Positions 55,401-64,000 of a stretch of 64,000 bases of DNA are shown one piece after another. This stretch comes from Candidatus Gastranaerophilales bacterium (GTDB lineage: Bacteria > Cyanobacteriota > Vampirovibrionia > Gastranaerophilales > Gastranaerophilaceae). The stretch lies in assembly GCA_944324905.1 (NCBI GenBank), contig CALUYB010000002.1:17834-81833 (forward strand), read 5' to 3'. A program made the position numbers and the translations under genes. Within the stretch, counting starts at the first letter, position 1; every line of letters begins with the position of its first letter. The notes below the pieces were generated by a model. That model saw only the letters and a list, made by a program, of their open reading frames with translations, was not told the DNA's origin and did not search any database.

Positions 55401-55509
55401 CTGGAAAAATTCTTTAAGTTGGGATAAAAAACAAAAACTTTTAGAGTTGGAAAATAAAATTTTAGATGTAATTGAAAAAACTAAAAAAGGTGAGCTTGTA
55501 AAACAATAA
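52468..55509 (+). CDS. Soluble FtsH-like protein: Clp_N-like repeats, degenerate AAA+ module and M41-type HExxH peptidase domain
   Basis: ATG at 52468 after GAGGA. ITSEHLYVVVLND and DDVFLLALLAG are Clp_N-like. The Walker A position reads NNGSSYGGGRRHT and Walker B reads MIFIENFDNF. HECGH lies at 54841-54855, followed by LDPRGNYGG and GITQDMSMATEVA, which parallel FtsH IPRGxALG and GASNDIxxAT. Confidence 0.75.
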   Translation: MRIDKISSAYGQNYLNKLNKKSGYKFQTYPVINDLPNANSAYFNINFSGSYEKANLKKFSDNQEKFTLIANKTWNKTRYIAKKFNHSQITSEHLYVVVLNDLIKYIDKLNSGVRHEEEKQYSAPVTLEAFFGRREIFEDKEARTKLKEILEKYLKEGLRDLKNNDRIPKAGIFEPRLSPRLAADLNKGFEVKESTYETGLFSDDVFLLALLAGSDNKIVKKFREMDFEVQKATMVEDNSVNQKNHLPFYDNLADKLWKNIDLGNDMYITYEGENKESSKHLISSFTNLINKPNQKYNNLNAQNTKIVVFNQYGIYSAIENYVEEAKKHPETTYVLMYDFADVAKSNALAEERAEIGLNENELKLLENSQVPNVRMVMISNKDAYYANAQQSPIIKKSLAHYGVLSIPMINSSDAKEILASENGKKYIEKRINKEIDLQAISQVIDFTNKTEGYYPEKALSYVDKMASYYIDKKQLTFEDVQSYEKEIGDIQQKSDSSQSDFKITFNTGKNLDDIIGNPMTKAEAKSIVNQILMKRKGGTKGFITFLNNGSSYGGGRRHTAQCIAGEAQIPMITVNARDFALKDIDALSMNANLSEIKIKKLFDMAKAQASVNKNKTAMIFIENFDNFASNPLYGVSSIYEQKAFSQLLEEMDKLRDQDDVNIVVIGSLNYPNLLDENVMKPYKFLDQIIVYSPQDNRDREDVLRYYANKNGLKIGETPEEKDKILKNASETTMGFSVVDIIYLLEKAEQVSKERGKEFIDKADITEAFLQTTTGRPSSREYSSHRNAIVAKHECGHALTLQVMHDIAKKENKPWHLPDKINFITLDPRGNYGGAMYPKDSENEEYSFEKVFSEMVCDFGGYSSEKRFYNMQGSWGITQDMSMATEVARLAVEKMGMGAKTGRISIDSNPYMQTFISDSMKDKINSDIEVMLKNAEYVSNEIVSTYADFIEQFGEKYQDKVGTGECIIMSDEFQEQLENWKNSLSWDKKQKLLELENKILDVIEKTKKGELVKQ

Positions 55510-55561
55510 CCTTGTGGGCTAATTTACCCTAATTAAAATGCGCACTATAATCTCAATAAAA

Positions 55562-56911
55562 ATGAGGATTATGGTGCGCAAATTTCTTATAATATTTTTG
55601 ATTTTTCTTATTTTGCCCGCTTTTGCAAAAAGTGAGCAAGCACTTGATTTTAATAAAAGAATATCCTACATTAACCTTAATTTTTGGCGAAAATTTAATG
55701 ACGAGTATTTAATTTACTACATTTTAGAGGCAACAAAAAACAATCATAAAGCAAAAAGCGCACTATACAAAAGCGAGCAATTCAGGCAAAATATAAAGCT
55801 TAGCTTTGCAAATCAACTACCATCGCTAAGTGTTGCGGCAAATTATTTAGGTTTAAAAGTTCCAATGCTTGATAATTTTGCAGTCAAGAAAAATGGATTT
55901 ATTTTGCCCTTTGAATTTAACTATGAGGCTGATTTGCTGCTTAAAAACAGAGATAAAACAAAATCTCAAGAAAAACTCTACAAGGCGCAGTTGTATGATG
56001 AAAAAACAGTTTATATAATGCTTGCGGCAGATGTTGCAACGACTTATATAAATATTTTAAAATTCGATAAAACGCTTGAGCTGCAAGAAAAAATTGTCCA
56101 AAACAAGGGGGAGATTTTAAAAAGAGTAGATAAAAAATACAAATGCGGGACTATTTCAAAAACAGAATTAAATGATGCAAAAAAAGATTTTGCAAGCGAA
56201 AATCAAGAGCTTGAAAATATAAAAAAACAAAGAACACTGCTTTTAGATAACCTTGCCTTGCTTTGCGCCAAAAGTGCTTATAATATTGATGAGTTTAAAA
56301 GGGGTGATTTTGATAATTTTGCACAAAACTTAGTTATGCCTGATGAAATTTCATCGGATTTAGTTTTTAATCGTCCAGATGTTTTGGCTGCTCTTGAGAA
56401 ATTAAAAAGTGCAAAAATAGATATTCTCGTTGCAAAAAAAGATTTTTTCCCAACCTTTAATATTCGAGGCATCTACGCTTTTAACACCTTTGGTCCTGGA
56501 AATTTTTTCTCTTGGGGTGCAACTTTAGCAACGCTTGTGGCCGGTGCTACTCAGGGAATTTTCGAAGGCGGCAGAAAAGTTGCAAATTTAAAATTTCAAA
56601 AAGCTTATTATAACGAGCTTTTTGAGAATTTTTTGCACAGTGATTTAAATGCAATTAAAGAGGTAAATGACGCGCTGTATCAGGCAAAATACGATTTAAA
56701 AATATTAAATGAAGCAACAGAAAAGTTTGCTGCCCAAAAAAGTAATTTTGAGCTAGAAAAATCGCGTTATAAAAACGGAGTAAGTGATTTTATTTCTTTG
56801 TTAAATGAAAGTTCTCAAGTGCTTTTAGAGGGGCAAAATTATATAGAGAAAAAAACACAAAAGTTTTTAGATATGGTTTCCCTTTATAAATCTGTAGGGG
56901 GCGCGCTGTGA
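55562..56911 (+). CDS. TolC-like outer-membrane efflux protein
   Basis: Signal peptide FLIIFLIFLILPAFA. Two helical OEP repeats with a typical NRPDVLAA...L..A block. The start is ambiguous (55538, 55562 or 55571). Confidence 0.8.
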   Translation: MRIMVRKFLIIFLIFLILPAFAKSEQALDFNKRISYINLNFWRKFNDEYLIYYILEATKNNHKAKSALYKSEQFRQNIKLSFANQLPSLSVAANYLGLKVPMLDNFAVKKNGFILPFEFNYEADLLLKNRDKTKSQEKLYKAQLYDEKTVYIMLAADVATTYINILKFDKTLELQEKIVQNKGEILKRVDKKYKCGTISKTELNDAKKDFASENQELENIKKQRTLLLDNLALLCAKSAYNIDEFKRGDFDNFAQNLVMPDEISSDLVFNRPDVLAALEKLKSAKIDILVAKKDFFPTFNIRGIYAFNTFGPGNFFSWGATLATLVAGATQGIFEGGRKVANLKFQKAYYNELFENFLHSDLNAIKEVNDALYQAKYDLKILNEATEKFAAQKSNFELEKSRYKNGVSDFISLLNESSQVLLEGQNYIEKKTQKFLDMVSLYKSVGGAL

Positions 56912-57783
56912 AACACAAAAAAATATTAATTGCATTAGCGGTTATCCTTTTAATTTTTTTGATTGTTTTTATTTATTTAAAATTAAACAAGAAAAACCCT
57001 GATATTTTAACTTTGTATGGAAATATTGAAATACGTCAGGTCGACTTAGGTTTTAGGGTTGAAGGACGCGTTAAAAAACTTTTAAAAGAAGAAGGGGATG
57101 AAGTTAAAAAAGGCGAATTGCTTGCAATTTTAGATGATGTTACCTACAGGGCAAAATATGAAAAATCCCTGCAAGATATAAATTTGTACAAAGCGCAAAG
57201 TGAAAATGCTGATTTAATTTATAAAAGAAATATAGAACTTTGCGCAGATGGCACAACCTCTAAGCAGGATTGTGACGGTTTTACAAGGAACAAAAAGGCG
57301 TCATACGCAAAGGTAGAATCAGAAAAGAAGCAAAATAGAATTTATAAAGATGATTGGGACAATACAAAAATTTACGCTCCAAATGATGGAATTGTAACAA
57401 CCAGAATAGTTGAAGAAGGCGCTGTTGTGAATATTTCGACACCTGTTTATACAATTTCATTAAACAAACCTGTTTGGATTAGGACATATGTCAGCGAAAG
57501 AGATTTAGGAAATATAAAATACAACATGAAAGCTCAGGTTTTAACTGACACAATCGACCCAAAAACAGGCAAAAAACGAGAATATCAGGGTAGAATAGGT
57601 TATATTTCACCTGTTGCGGAATTTACCCCGAAAACTGTGCAAACACAGGAGCTAAGGACAGATTTAGTATATCGCATTAGAGTTTATGTTGATGAAGGTG
57701 ACAAGTTTTTAAGACAAGGTATGCCAACAACTATACAAATTAACTTATTGCAGGATAACAATGACAGTAGCAATCGAAATTGA
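56908..57783 (+). CDS. HlyD-family periplasmic adaptor (YbhG-like)
   Basis: GTG start overlapping the upstream stop. N-terminal TM segment, then GNIEIRQVDLGFRVEGRV and LRQGMPTTIQI. Confidence 0.85.
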   Translation: MKHKKILIALAVILLIFLIVFIYLKLNKKNPDILTLYGNIEIRQVDLGFRVEGRVKKLLKEEGDEVKKGELLAILDDVTYRAKYEKSLQDINLYKAQSENADLIYKRNIELCADGTTSKQDCDGFTRNKKASYAKVESEKKQNRIYKDDWDNTKIYAPNDGIVTTRIVEEGAVVNISTPVYTISLNKPVWIRTYVSERDLGNIKYNMKAQVLTDTIDPKTGKKREYQGRIGYISPVAEFTPKTVQTQELRTDLVYRIRVYVDEGDKFLRQGMPTTIQINLLQDNNDSSNRN

Positions 57784-59272
57784 AAATCTGAATTATAAAT
57801 TTAAAAACAGTAAAACTTTTGCCCTTAAAGACATATGTGCAAAAATTAAAAAGGGTGTAATAACAGGTATAATAGGGCCTGACGGTTCAGGCAAAACAAC
57901 TCTTTTAAGGAGTATAACAGGGCTTTTATTGCCTCAAGGCGGTAGTATTAAAACTTTTGACTTTAGTCCTGTAGAACAGCAAGAAAAAATTAATAAAATT
58001 TTAGGTTATATGCCTCAGAAATTCGGGCTTTATGAGGACTTAAGCGTAGAAGAAAATCTGGAACTGTATGCACAACTAAAGGAGTTGCCGGAAGAAAACA
58101 GGGAACAAACTTTTGAAAAACTCTATCGTTTTACCAATCTTGACCCCTTTAAAAAAAGGCTTGCAGGCAAACTTTCAGGCGGAATGAAACAAAAGTTGGG
58201 TCTTGCTTGCGCGCTTTTAGGCAAGCCTGATTTACTTGTGCTTGATGAACCCTCGGTTGGAGTAGACCCTATTTCAAGGAAAGAACTGATGAATATGGTG
58301 CGCGAGCTTTCATCAGGCGATACGACAACAATATGGTCAACTGCATATATGGACGAGGCTCAAAGTTTTGATTTTTGCATTGTTTTAAATGGCGGCGAAA
58401 TTATATACAATGGAACACCCTCAGGGCTTGGCAGCGATACTAAAACTTTTGAAAACCGCGTTATTGAGCTTATGGGCGGATACAAGGAAAGAAAAACACC
58501 TCTTGCGGATGATTTTGTACTAAAAGAAACAGGAGTTGATTGCCCCGTTAGTGCCATTGGACTTGAGAAAAAATACGGTGATTTTTATGCTGTTAAAAAT
58601 AACACTTTTTGTATCCAAAAAGGTGAAATATTTGGACTACTAGGTCCAAATGGTGCAGGAAAATCCACCTCTTTTAAAATGATGTGCGGACTTATAACCC
58701 CGAGTGCAGGCAAGGCGGAGATTATGGGTGTCGATATAGTAAAAAATCCATCTAAAGCTCGCTCATTTATTGGCTATATGGCACAAAAGTTTTCTCTTTA
58801 CGGTAATTTAGATGTCTTAGGAAATCTTGACTTTTTTGCAAGTATATATGGACTTTCAGGCAAGAAAAAAGAAAAGGAAATAAAAAAAGTTATTGAAACT
58901 TTTGAACTTGAGCCTTTTTTAAAGCAAGACACAAAAGAATTGCCGCTTGGCTTCAAGCAGAGATTAGCTCTAGCATGCGCTATTATGCACAAACCGCCGG
59001 TTTTATTTTTGGATGAACCGACTTCAGGTGTTGATCCTATTGCGAGAAAAGAATTTTGGTCGCATATAAAAGCTCTTTCAAAAAAAGGTGTCACAACAAT
59101 GGTGACTACGCATTTTATGGATGAGGCGCGCTACTGTGACAGAATTAGCCTGTTTTATAACGGTGAAACAATAGCCATAGGGACTGTTGAGGAGCTAATA
59201 AAAAGTGCACAGGTAAATACTATGGAGGAGGCTTTTTGCGTTTTAATTGAGAGGTCTAAAATGAATGAGTAG
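57761..59272 (+). CDS. Tandem-domain ABC ATPase (YbhF-like)
   Basis: Two complete nucleotide-binding domains: GPDGSGKTT / LSGGMKQKL / LVLDEP and GPNGAGKST / LPLGFKQRL / LFLDEP. Confidence 0.9.
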   Translation: MTVAIEIENLNYKFKNSKTFALKDICAKIKKGVITGIIGPDGSGKTTLLRSITGLLLPQGGSIKTFDFSPVEQQEKINKILGYMPQKFGLYEDLSVEENLELYAQLKELPEENREQTFEKLYRFTNLDPFKKRLAGKLSGGMKQKLGLACALLGKPDLLVLDEPSVGVDPISRKELMNMVRELSSGDTTTIWSTAYMDEAQSFDFCIVLNGGEIIYNGTPSGLGSDTKTFENRVIELMGGYKERKTPLADDFVLKETGVDCPVSAIGLEKKYGDFYAVKNNTFCIQKGEIFGLLGPNGAGKSTSFKMMCGLITPSAGKAEIMGVDIVKNPSKARSFIGYMAQKFSLYGNLDVLGNLDFFASIYGLSGKKKEKEIKKVIETFELEPFLKQDTKELPLGFKQRLALACAIMHKPPVLFLDEPTSGVDPIARKEFWSHIKALSKKGVTTMVTTHFMDEARYCDRISLFYNGETIAIGTVEELIKSAQVNTMEEAFCVLIERSKMNE

Positions 59273-60371
59273 ACTTTTTGCGCTAATTAAAAAAGAATTT
59301 TTTCAAATTACAAGAGATCCCTCAAGTGTAATGATAGCTTTTATTATGCCCCTTATGCTGTTGATAATTTATATGTATGGGGTAAATCTTGATACATCAA
59401 GGGTAAAGCTAGGGTTAAAATTTGAGGATACAAGCCCTGAACTTTCTACCCTTATGGAGTCTTTTAGTAAAAGTAAATTTGTAAGGGCAAGAATATATCA
59501 AGACAGAAAGCTGATGTATAAGGATTTAATAAGTGGCAAGATTAACGGTTTTGTAATTATACCAAATGATTTTTTAAAAAATATCCAAAGAAAAAGAGCT
59601 GCTGATGTGCAAATTGTGACAGACGGTTCTGAGGTTAACCTTTCTAATTATGTAAAAAGTTACCCTATGAGCATTATTAGTCAGTGGGTAAGTGAGAGCT
59701 CTTATAAGTATAATTTTCAAAAACCAATTTTGCAGGCGCAAATTCGCTATTGGTATAATCAGGATATTAACAGTCACCATTTTATTCTCCCTGGGTCATT
59801 AGCGATTACCATGACTTTAATTGGGATGCTTTTAACCACTCTTGTTTTGGCTCGCGAGTGGGAAAGGGGTACAATGGAGGCACTTTTGTCTACCCATGTT
59901 AGAAGGTCAGACATATTTTTGAGCAAATATATTCCTTATTTTATACTTGGTATGCTTTCTATGTCTTTTAATGTTTTTGTGTGCGTTAAAATTTTTAAAA
60001 TCCCTTTTTATGGCAGTTATATTGTACTTTTTGGGGTGTGCGCATTGTTTTTGTTTTCTGCTTTAGGGATAGGGCTTTTAATATCCTCAAATTTTAAAGA
60101 CCAATTTTTAGCAAGTCAAACAGCTTTATCTATTGGTTTTTTGCCGGCATTAATGCTCTCAGGGCTTACTTTTCCAATAGATTCAATGCCTGAAATATTG
60201 CAGAATATAACTAAAATAATCCCCACAAGGTATTTTGTGGCTTTTATCCAAAGCGAGTTTTTAGCAGGCACCGTTTGGGAAATTGTGCTTATAAATTCAA
60301 TATTTTTAATATTTTTGGGCACTATTTGCGCATTTTTAGTTTATAAAAACATAAAAACAAGGGTTGAGTAA
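59265..60371 (+). CDS. ABC-2 type permease (YbhS/YbhR-like)
   Basis: N-terminal KKEFFQITRDPSS, a large extracytoplasmic loop and five further TM segments. Confidence 0.85.
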   Translation: MSRLFALIKKEFFQITRDPSSVMIAFIMPLMLLIIYMYGVNLDTSRVKLGLKFEDTSPELSTLMESFSKSKFVRARIYQDRKLMYKDLISGKINGFVIIPNDFLKNIQRKRAADVQIVTDGSEVNLSNYVKSYPMSIISQWVSESSYKYNFQKPILQAQIRYWYNQDINSHHFILPGSLAITMTLIGMLLTTLVLAREWERGTMEALLSTHVRRSDIFLSKYIPYFILGMLSMSFNVFVCVKIFKIPFYGSYIVLFGVCALFLFSALGIGLLISSNFKDQFLASQTALSIGFLPALMLSGLTFPIDSMPEILQNITKIIPTRYFVAFIQSEFLAGTVWEIVLINSIFLIFLGTICAFLVYKNIKTRVE

Positions 60372-61471
60372 TGTTTAAAAGAATTATTGCACTTGTAAAA
60401 AAAGAATTTATAATCATATGGCGCGACCCGAAAAGTCGTATGCTGATTATAATTCCGCCAATTTTACAACTTTTTATATTTGCTTATGCAATGACAATGG
60501 AGGTTAGAAACATTGACGTTGCTATATTAGACAGGGCAAATACTCTTGAATCCAGAGAACTTATTTCAAGATTTGAAAGTTCAAGATGGTTTAGGAATTT
60601 TGTATATGTAAAAAATGAAAATGAATTAAGAAAACAAATTGAAACTAAAAAATCTCATATGGCTCTTGAGATAAATAATGATTTTTCAAAAAATATAAAA
60701 AGCGGTAAGGGTGCAAATGTTCAGGTTATAACTGATGGCAGACAGACAAATACTGCTGCAATAGCAGGAGGATATGCAAATGAAATTATAAATAATTATT
60801 CTCAAGAGTTATCAAAAGGAAAAGCTGCGCAAATAAACTTTCAAACAAGGAGCTGGTATAATGAAAACCTTGAGTATATTTACTACACTTTAGCTTCGCT
60901 TGTTGTGCTGCTCGCAATGGTGATAACTCTTTTGTTGACTTCGCTTTCTATTGCGCGCGAAAGGGAGCTTGGAACTTTTGACCAGCTTATAGTTTCACCT
61001 TGCACCCCTTTTGAGATATTAGCAGGGAAAACAATTGCGCCAATGGGCATTGCGCTTAGTTTGAGTATTTTTATGGCGCTTGTTGCGGTTATTCATTTTA
61101 AAATGCCATTTAGGGGCTCAATTATTTTGTATTTAATAAGCACAGTGGTTGCAATTTTATCTATAACAGGTGTTGGGCTTTTTGTTTCAGCTCTTTCAAA
61201 AACTCAGCAGCAGGCAATTTTAGGCGCATTTACCTTTCAAACTCCAGCCTCACTGCTCTCGGGTTTTATCTCGCCGATTGAGGATATGCCTAAATTTTTT
61301 CAGTATTTAACTTATCTTGATCCGCTAAGGTTTTATATGGTAATAGGTAAGGGCATATTCTTTAAAAATATGCCCTTACATGATGTTTTAATAAATATCA
61401 TACCACTATGTGCTATTGCGCTTGTGACTCTAAGTGCTGCAATGTGGCTGTTTAACAAACAATTGGATTGA
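60371..61471 (+). CDS. ABC-2 type permease (YbhS/YbhR-like), paralogue of the upstream gene
   Basis: KKEFIIIWRDPKS N-terminus and the same topology. Start codon overlaps the upstream stop. Confidence 0.85.
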   Translation: MFKRIIALVKKEFIIIWRDPKSRMLIIIPPILQLFIFAYAMTMEVRNIDVAILDRANTLESRELISRFESSRWFRNFVYVKNENELRKQIETKKSHMALEINNDFSKNIKSGKGANVQVITDGRQTNTAAIAGGYANEIINNYSQELSKGKAAQINFQTRSWYNENLEYIYYTLASLVVLLAMVITLLLTSLSIARERELGTFDQLIVSPCTPFEILAGKTIAPMGIALSLSIFMALVAVIHFKMPFRGSIILYLISTVVAILSITGVGLFVSALSKTQQQAILGAFTFQTPASLLSGFISPIEDMPKFFQYLTYLDPLRFYMVIGKGIFFKNMPLHDVLINIIPLCAIALVTLSAAMWLFNKQLD

Positions 61472-61524
61472 CATATGTAAATTATTAATATAATATTTTA
61501 AAGGGATTGAGTAAGGATGTGAAT

Positions 61525-62208
61525 ATGAAAAAAATAATTATTTTACTTGCTATGTTTTTTATAGCAATACCATCGCAAGCACTTACCATTGATTATACAA
61601 AAGATGGTAGCGCACAAGCTTTGGTTAGTAAAATCGGGTTTAATATTTTGAATGCAAACAGAATACCTCAAAGAATGGTTTTTTATGTAAAGCCTGATAA
61701 GAAAGTCGTAAATGCTGTTACCTATTTTAGGGATAGGCAAATCGTTGTATATGGTGGCTTATTGACATATTCTGACAACGAAGATGAATTGGCGGCGGTG
61801 ATAGCACATGAAATATCGCATGCAATAGATTCTTATGACGGTGTGTTAAGGGGATTTTTCTCGCCTGTTACTTATTCTCTAAAACCAAAAAAATACGAAT
61901 ATAAGGCAGATAAAAGAGCCGTAGATTTTGTTGTTAAGGCAGGGTATAACCCACTTGCTTTTATTACAATAATGAACAAAATTGATTCTCAACCACGTTA
62001 TGAATTATTTAGTACACACCCGCTTTGCTCTAGAAGGCTTGCTGCAGTTTATGAGTATATCTATACAAAATACCCACAATATCTTGTGCAAAATGAATAT
62101 AAAGACAATATTTATTACCAGAATTTTTTACTTACATCCAGGGAAAATAGGTTAAAATTACAAGAAAAAGTTAAAAATAATTCCAAAAAAAGAATTAAAT
62201 ATTTGTAG
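61525..62208 (+). CDS. M48-family zinc metallopeptidase with a signal peptide
   Basis: MKKIIILLAMFFIAIPSQA signal peptide. HEISHAID HExxH motif with a downstream E/ADKRAV block. Confidence 0.75.
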   Translation: MKKIIILLAMFFIAIPSQALTIDYTKDGSAQALVSKIGFNILNANRIPQRMVFYVKPDKKVVNAVTYFRDRQIVVYGGLLTYSDNEDELAAVIAHEISHAIDSYDGVLRGFFSPVTYSLKPKKYEYKADKRAVDFVVKAGYNPLAFITIMNKIDSQPRYELFSTHPLCSRRLAAVYEYIYTKYPQYLVQNEYKDNIYYQNFLLTSRENRLKLQEKVKNNSKKRIKYL

Positions 62209-62217
62209 AAAGTTATT

Positions 62218-62919
62218 ATGAAAAGATTTTTTTCTTTAATTTTATGTTTGTGTTTTTGCTTGGATTGTACCATTGTATTTGCACAGCCTATAGTTGATGA
62301 GTTTGCAAACTCGTCATTAGATAAAAATTTACGTGTTATTCACAGTAAAGCAAGCCCTATTTATGATGATTTGGTGTTAAACACACTAAATCCCAATTTA
62401 AGGGTTAAAGAACAAAAGATAGCCCCAATAGTTGACGATTTTGCATTATCAACTCTTAGTCCCGATTTAAAAATTGAAAGAAGTAATTTAAACAAGTATG
62501 ATTTTGAAAATATAGAAAGAATGGTTGTAAAAATTTCTCCTGTAAATTATGTTACAACAAGGAGAAAATTATACGAAGGACAGCCTATTGATTTTATAGT
62601 TAAAGAAGACATATATTTTGGCGATGTCAAAATTTCAAAAGGAACTCCTGTAAAGGCAAGGGTTGAAACAATTTCTAAAAATGAAGCCTACGGAGTTCCT
62701 GCTGATTTAATTATAGACAATTTTGTTGTTAATAATATGCCACTTGAGGGGCAAATTAAAATTGTTGGTGCAAATCGTGCGCTATGGGTCTATCCTATAG
62801 GTTGGGTTTTGATGCCGTTTTGTTTTGCTGGTTTGCTTGTTTTTCCAATAAGAGGTGGGCATGCAAAACTTAGACCCTCAAATACTTTTGAAGTTTATTT
62901 TGAAAAATTAGCGCATTAA
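62218..62919 (+). CDS. Hypothetical secreted protein with three 23-residue N-terminal tandem repeats and a hydrophobic C-terminal segment
   Basis: Signal peptide ending VFAQ. Repeats fit PI(V/Y)D(E/D).....L...L(R/K)(V/I) at 62287-62493. WVLMPFCFAGLLVF lies near the C-terminus. Confidence 0.6.
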   Translation: MKRFFSLILCLCFCLDCTIVFAQPIVDEFANSSLDKNLRVIHSKASPIYDDLVLNTLNPNLRVKEQKIAPIVDDFALSTLSPDLKIERSNLNKYDFENIERMVVKISPVNYVTTRRKLYEGQPIDFIVKEDIYFGDVKISKGTPVKARVETISKNEAYGVPADLIIDNFVVNNMPLEGQIKIVGANRALWVYPIGWVLMPFCFAGLLVFPIRGGHAKLRPSNTFEVYFEKLAH

Positions 62920-62924
62920 AATAT

Positions 62925-63209
62925 CTAAATTCTATTGTGCCAAACGCCGCCATCTCTGTCTATTATAGCGTCATAGAATGACCAAAATCTAAAAATACCT
63001 GTCAAACCTAAAAGAGCGTGCGTTACAACTTTATCTTCATGCTGGTCGTTTACAATTTGACCCAATCCCGGCCAAATTAAAAGTGACAGTAAACTTGCGC
63101 CAACCGATCTTGCGCTGACATGACCATCAACCCCATGGGTTCCTGCAAAACAAGGGGTAGCAAGTGTTAACATGTAAAAAAGCATTAAAATTGATAAAAT
63201 CTTTTTCAT
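62925..63209 (-). CDS. Small hypothetical exported/membrane protein (PGLGQ motif)
   Basis: MKKILSILMLFYMLTLATPCFA signal peptide after GGAGGA. Motif LLIWPGLGQIVN. Confidence 0.55.
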   Translation of the reverse strand: MKKILSILMLFYMLTLATPCFAGTHGVDGHVSARSVGASLLSLLIWPGLGQIVNDQHEDKVVTHALLGLTGIFRFWSFYDAIIDRDGGVWHNRI

Positions 63210-63231
63210 AAATAATCCTCCAGACATTTTT

Positions 63232-63786
63232 CTACTTTATAAGTGCTTGTACCTCTTTAAAATACGGACATTTTGCTCCTTTTAACCATCCAAAAAGAAC
63301 AATTTCAAGAGAGCAGATTTTTGCGCCGTTTTGTCTTAAAAGTTCCATTGCGCATTTAAATTCAGATTTTTTTCTTGAAGCGCAAACGTCTTTTACAACA
63401 TACACTTCAAAACCTTCTTTAATAAGTGCCACAGCAGTTTGCAAAACACAAATGTGAGATTCTATACCGCAAATAACTATTTGTTTTTTGTTGTGACTTT
63501 TTATTGTGCTTAAAAATCCATCTTCTAAAAGCGCGTTGAAAGCGGTTTTTTCAACAGGCATGTATTTCTCACCAAGTGTATCTCTTATGCCTTGTATAGT
63601 TTGCCCCAAGCCCTTTGGATACTGTTCTGTTACAATTGTGTCTATTCCTAAGACCTTTGCAGCTGCAACAAGTTTTTGAGAGTTTTCGACCATCTGAGCG
63701 CAAACGTCATCGTCAAGCATTGTTGTAAGTTTGTCTTGAATATCAATAATTAAAACCAGCGAATCCAAAGTATTTAACATTTTCAT
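63232..63786 (-). CDS. Isochorismatase-family cysteine hydrolase
   Basis: LVLIIDIQDKL (catalytic Asp strand) and ICGIESHICVLQTA (catalytic Cys). Confidence 0.85.
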   Translation of the reverse strand: MKMLNTLDSLVLIIDIQDKLTTMLDDDVCAQMVENSQKLVAAAKVLGIDTIVTEQYPKGLGQTIQGIRDTLGEKYMPVEKTAFNALLEDGFLSTIKSHNKKQIVICGIESHICVLQTAVALIKEGFEVYVVKDVCASRKKSEFKCAMELLRQNGAKICSLEIVLFGWLKGAKCPYFKEVQALIK

Positions 63787-63843
63787 ACCTCACTTAATGA
63801 TTATATTCAGTATATCAAAAAATTTTATATACTTAAAGTAATT

Positions 63844-64000
63844 TTAGTAAGGTAACATAAAACCAAGTGTTGTATTGCCGTTTTGAGATGTTGCAAGCAC
63901 ATAACCGCAGTGCGCGTTTATTATTCTTTGTGCCAAATGCAGTCTTATTGCAGAGCCTATTTTATTAAATTTTGCTACGCCTTGCGGTGATTTATCAAAA
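63844..64000 (-). CDS. Sensor histidine kinase, C-terminal 51 codons (5' part lies beyond the right window edge)
   Basis: Reverse-strand translation gives ...FDKSPQGVAKFNKIGSAIRLHLAQRIINAHCGYVLATSQNGNTTLGFMLPY-stop. This has the shape of the G2-box/ATP-lid end of an HATPase_c domain. Confidence 0.6.
   Translation of the reverse strand, partial: FDKSPQGVAKFNKIGSAIRLHLAQRIINAHCGYVLATSQNGNTTLGFMLPY

Overview
AT-rich bacterial chromosomal segment, densely coding and mostly housekeeping. The organism looks like a diderm, probably anaerobic and motile; I cannot assign a taxon from this window. Support for diderm: lpxD-lpxC-fabZ-lpxA, heptose adenylyltransferase, TolC-like protein, porin. Support for anaerobic and motile: rubrerythrin, CoA-transferase, hydrogenase-type complex, flagellin. 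Core genes recognised from motifs include sepF/yggS, pdxJ, a ROK glucokinase, mfd, a PrsA-like lipoprotein, lepB, smc-scpA-scpB, rsmE, cca, tRNA-Leu(TAG), a class II photolyase, metY and a YbhGFSR-like ABC-2 efflux system. No transposase, integrase, CRISPR array or rRNA was seen. Observations worth a second look: (1) A six-gene group-4 hydrogenase-like membrane complex (41.4-48.6 kb). Both NiFe-ligating CxxC pairs of its 'large subunit' are broken, while the Fe-S wire is intact. This is an Ehr/Mbs-like complex of unknown chemistry, divergent from an FNT channel gene. (2) A nested tandem-repeat array next to tRNA-Leu (35.0-35.7 kb): three 197-280 bp units carrying 17 iteron-like repeats at 21-bp phasing and palindromes of the same motif. 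(3) A soluble ~1013-aa FtsH-like protein with an intact HExxH site but degenerate Walker A/B and arginine-finger positions. (4) A 1178-aa protein combining zinc ribbons, a degenerate cyclase-like domain, a STAND NTPase and TPR repeats. (5) A GC-rich, apparently structured ~190-nt segment of unknown identity just upstream of the tRNA. All homology statements rest on reading motifs by eye; no searches were run.
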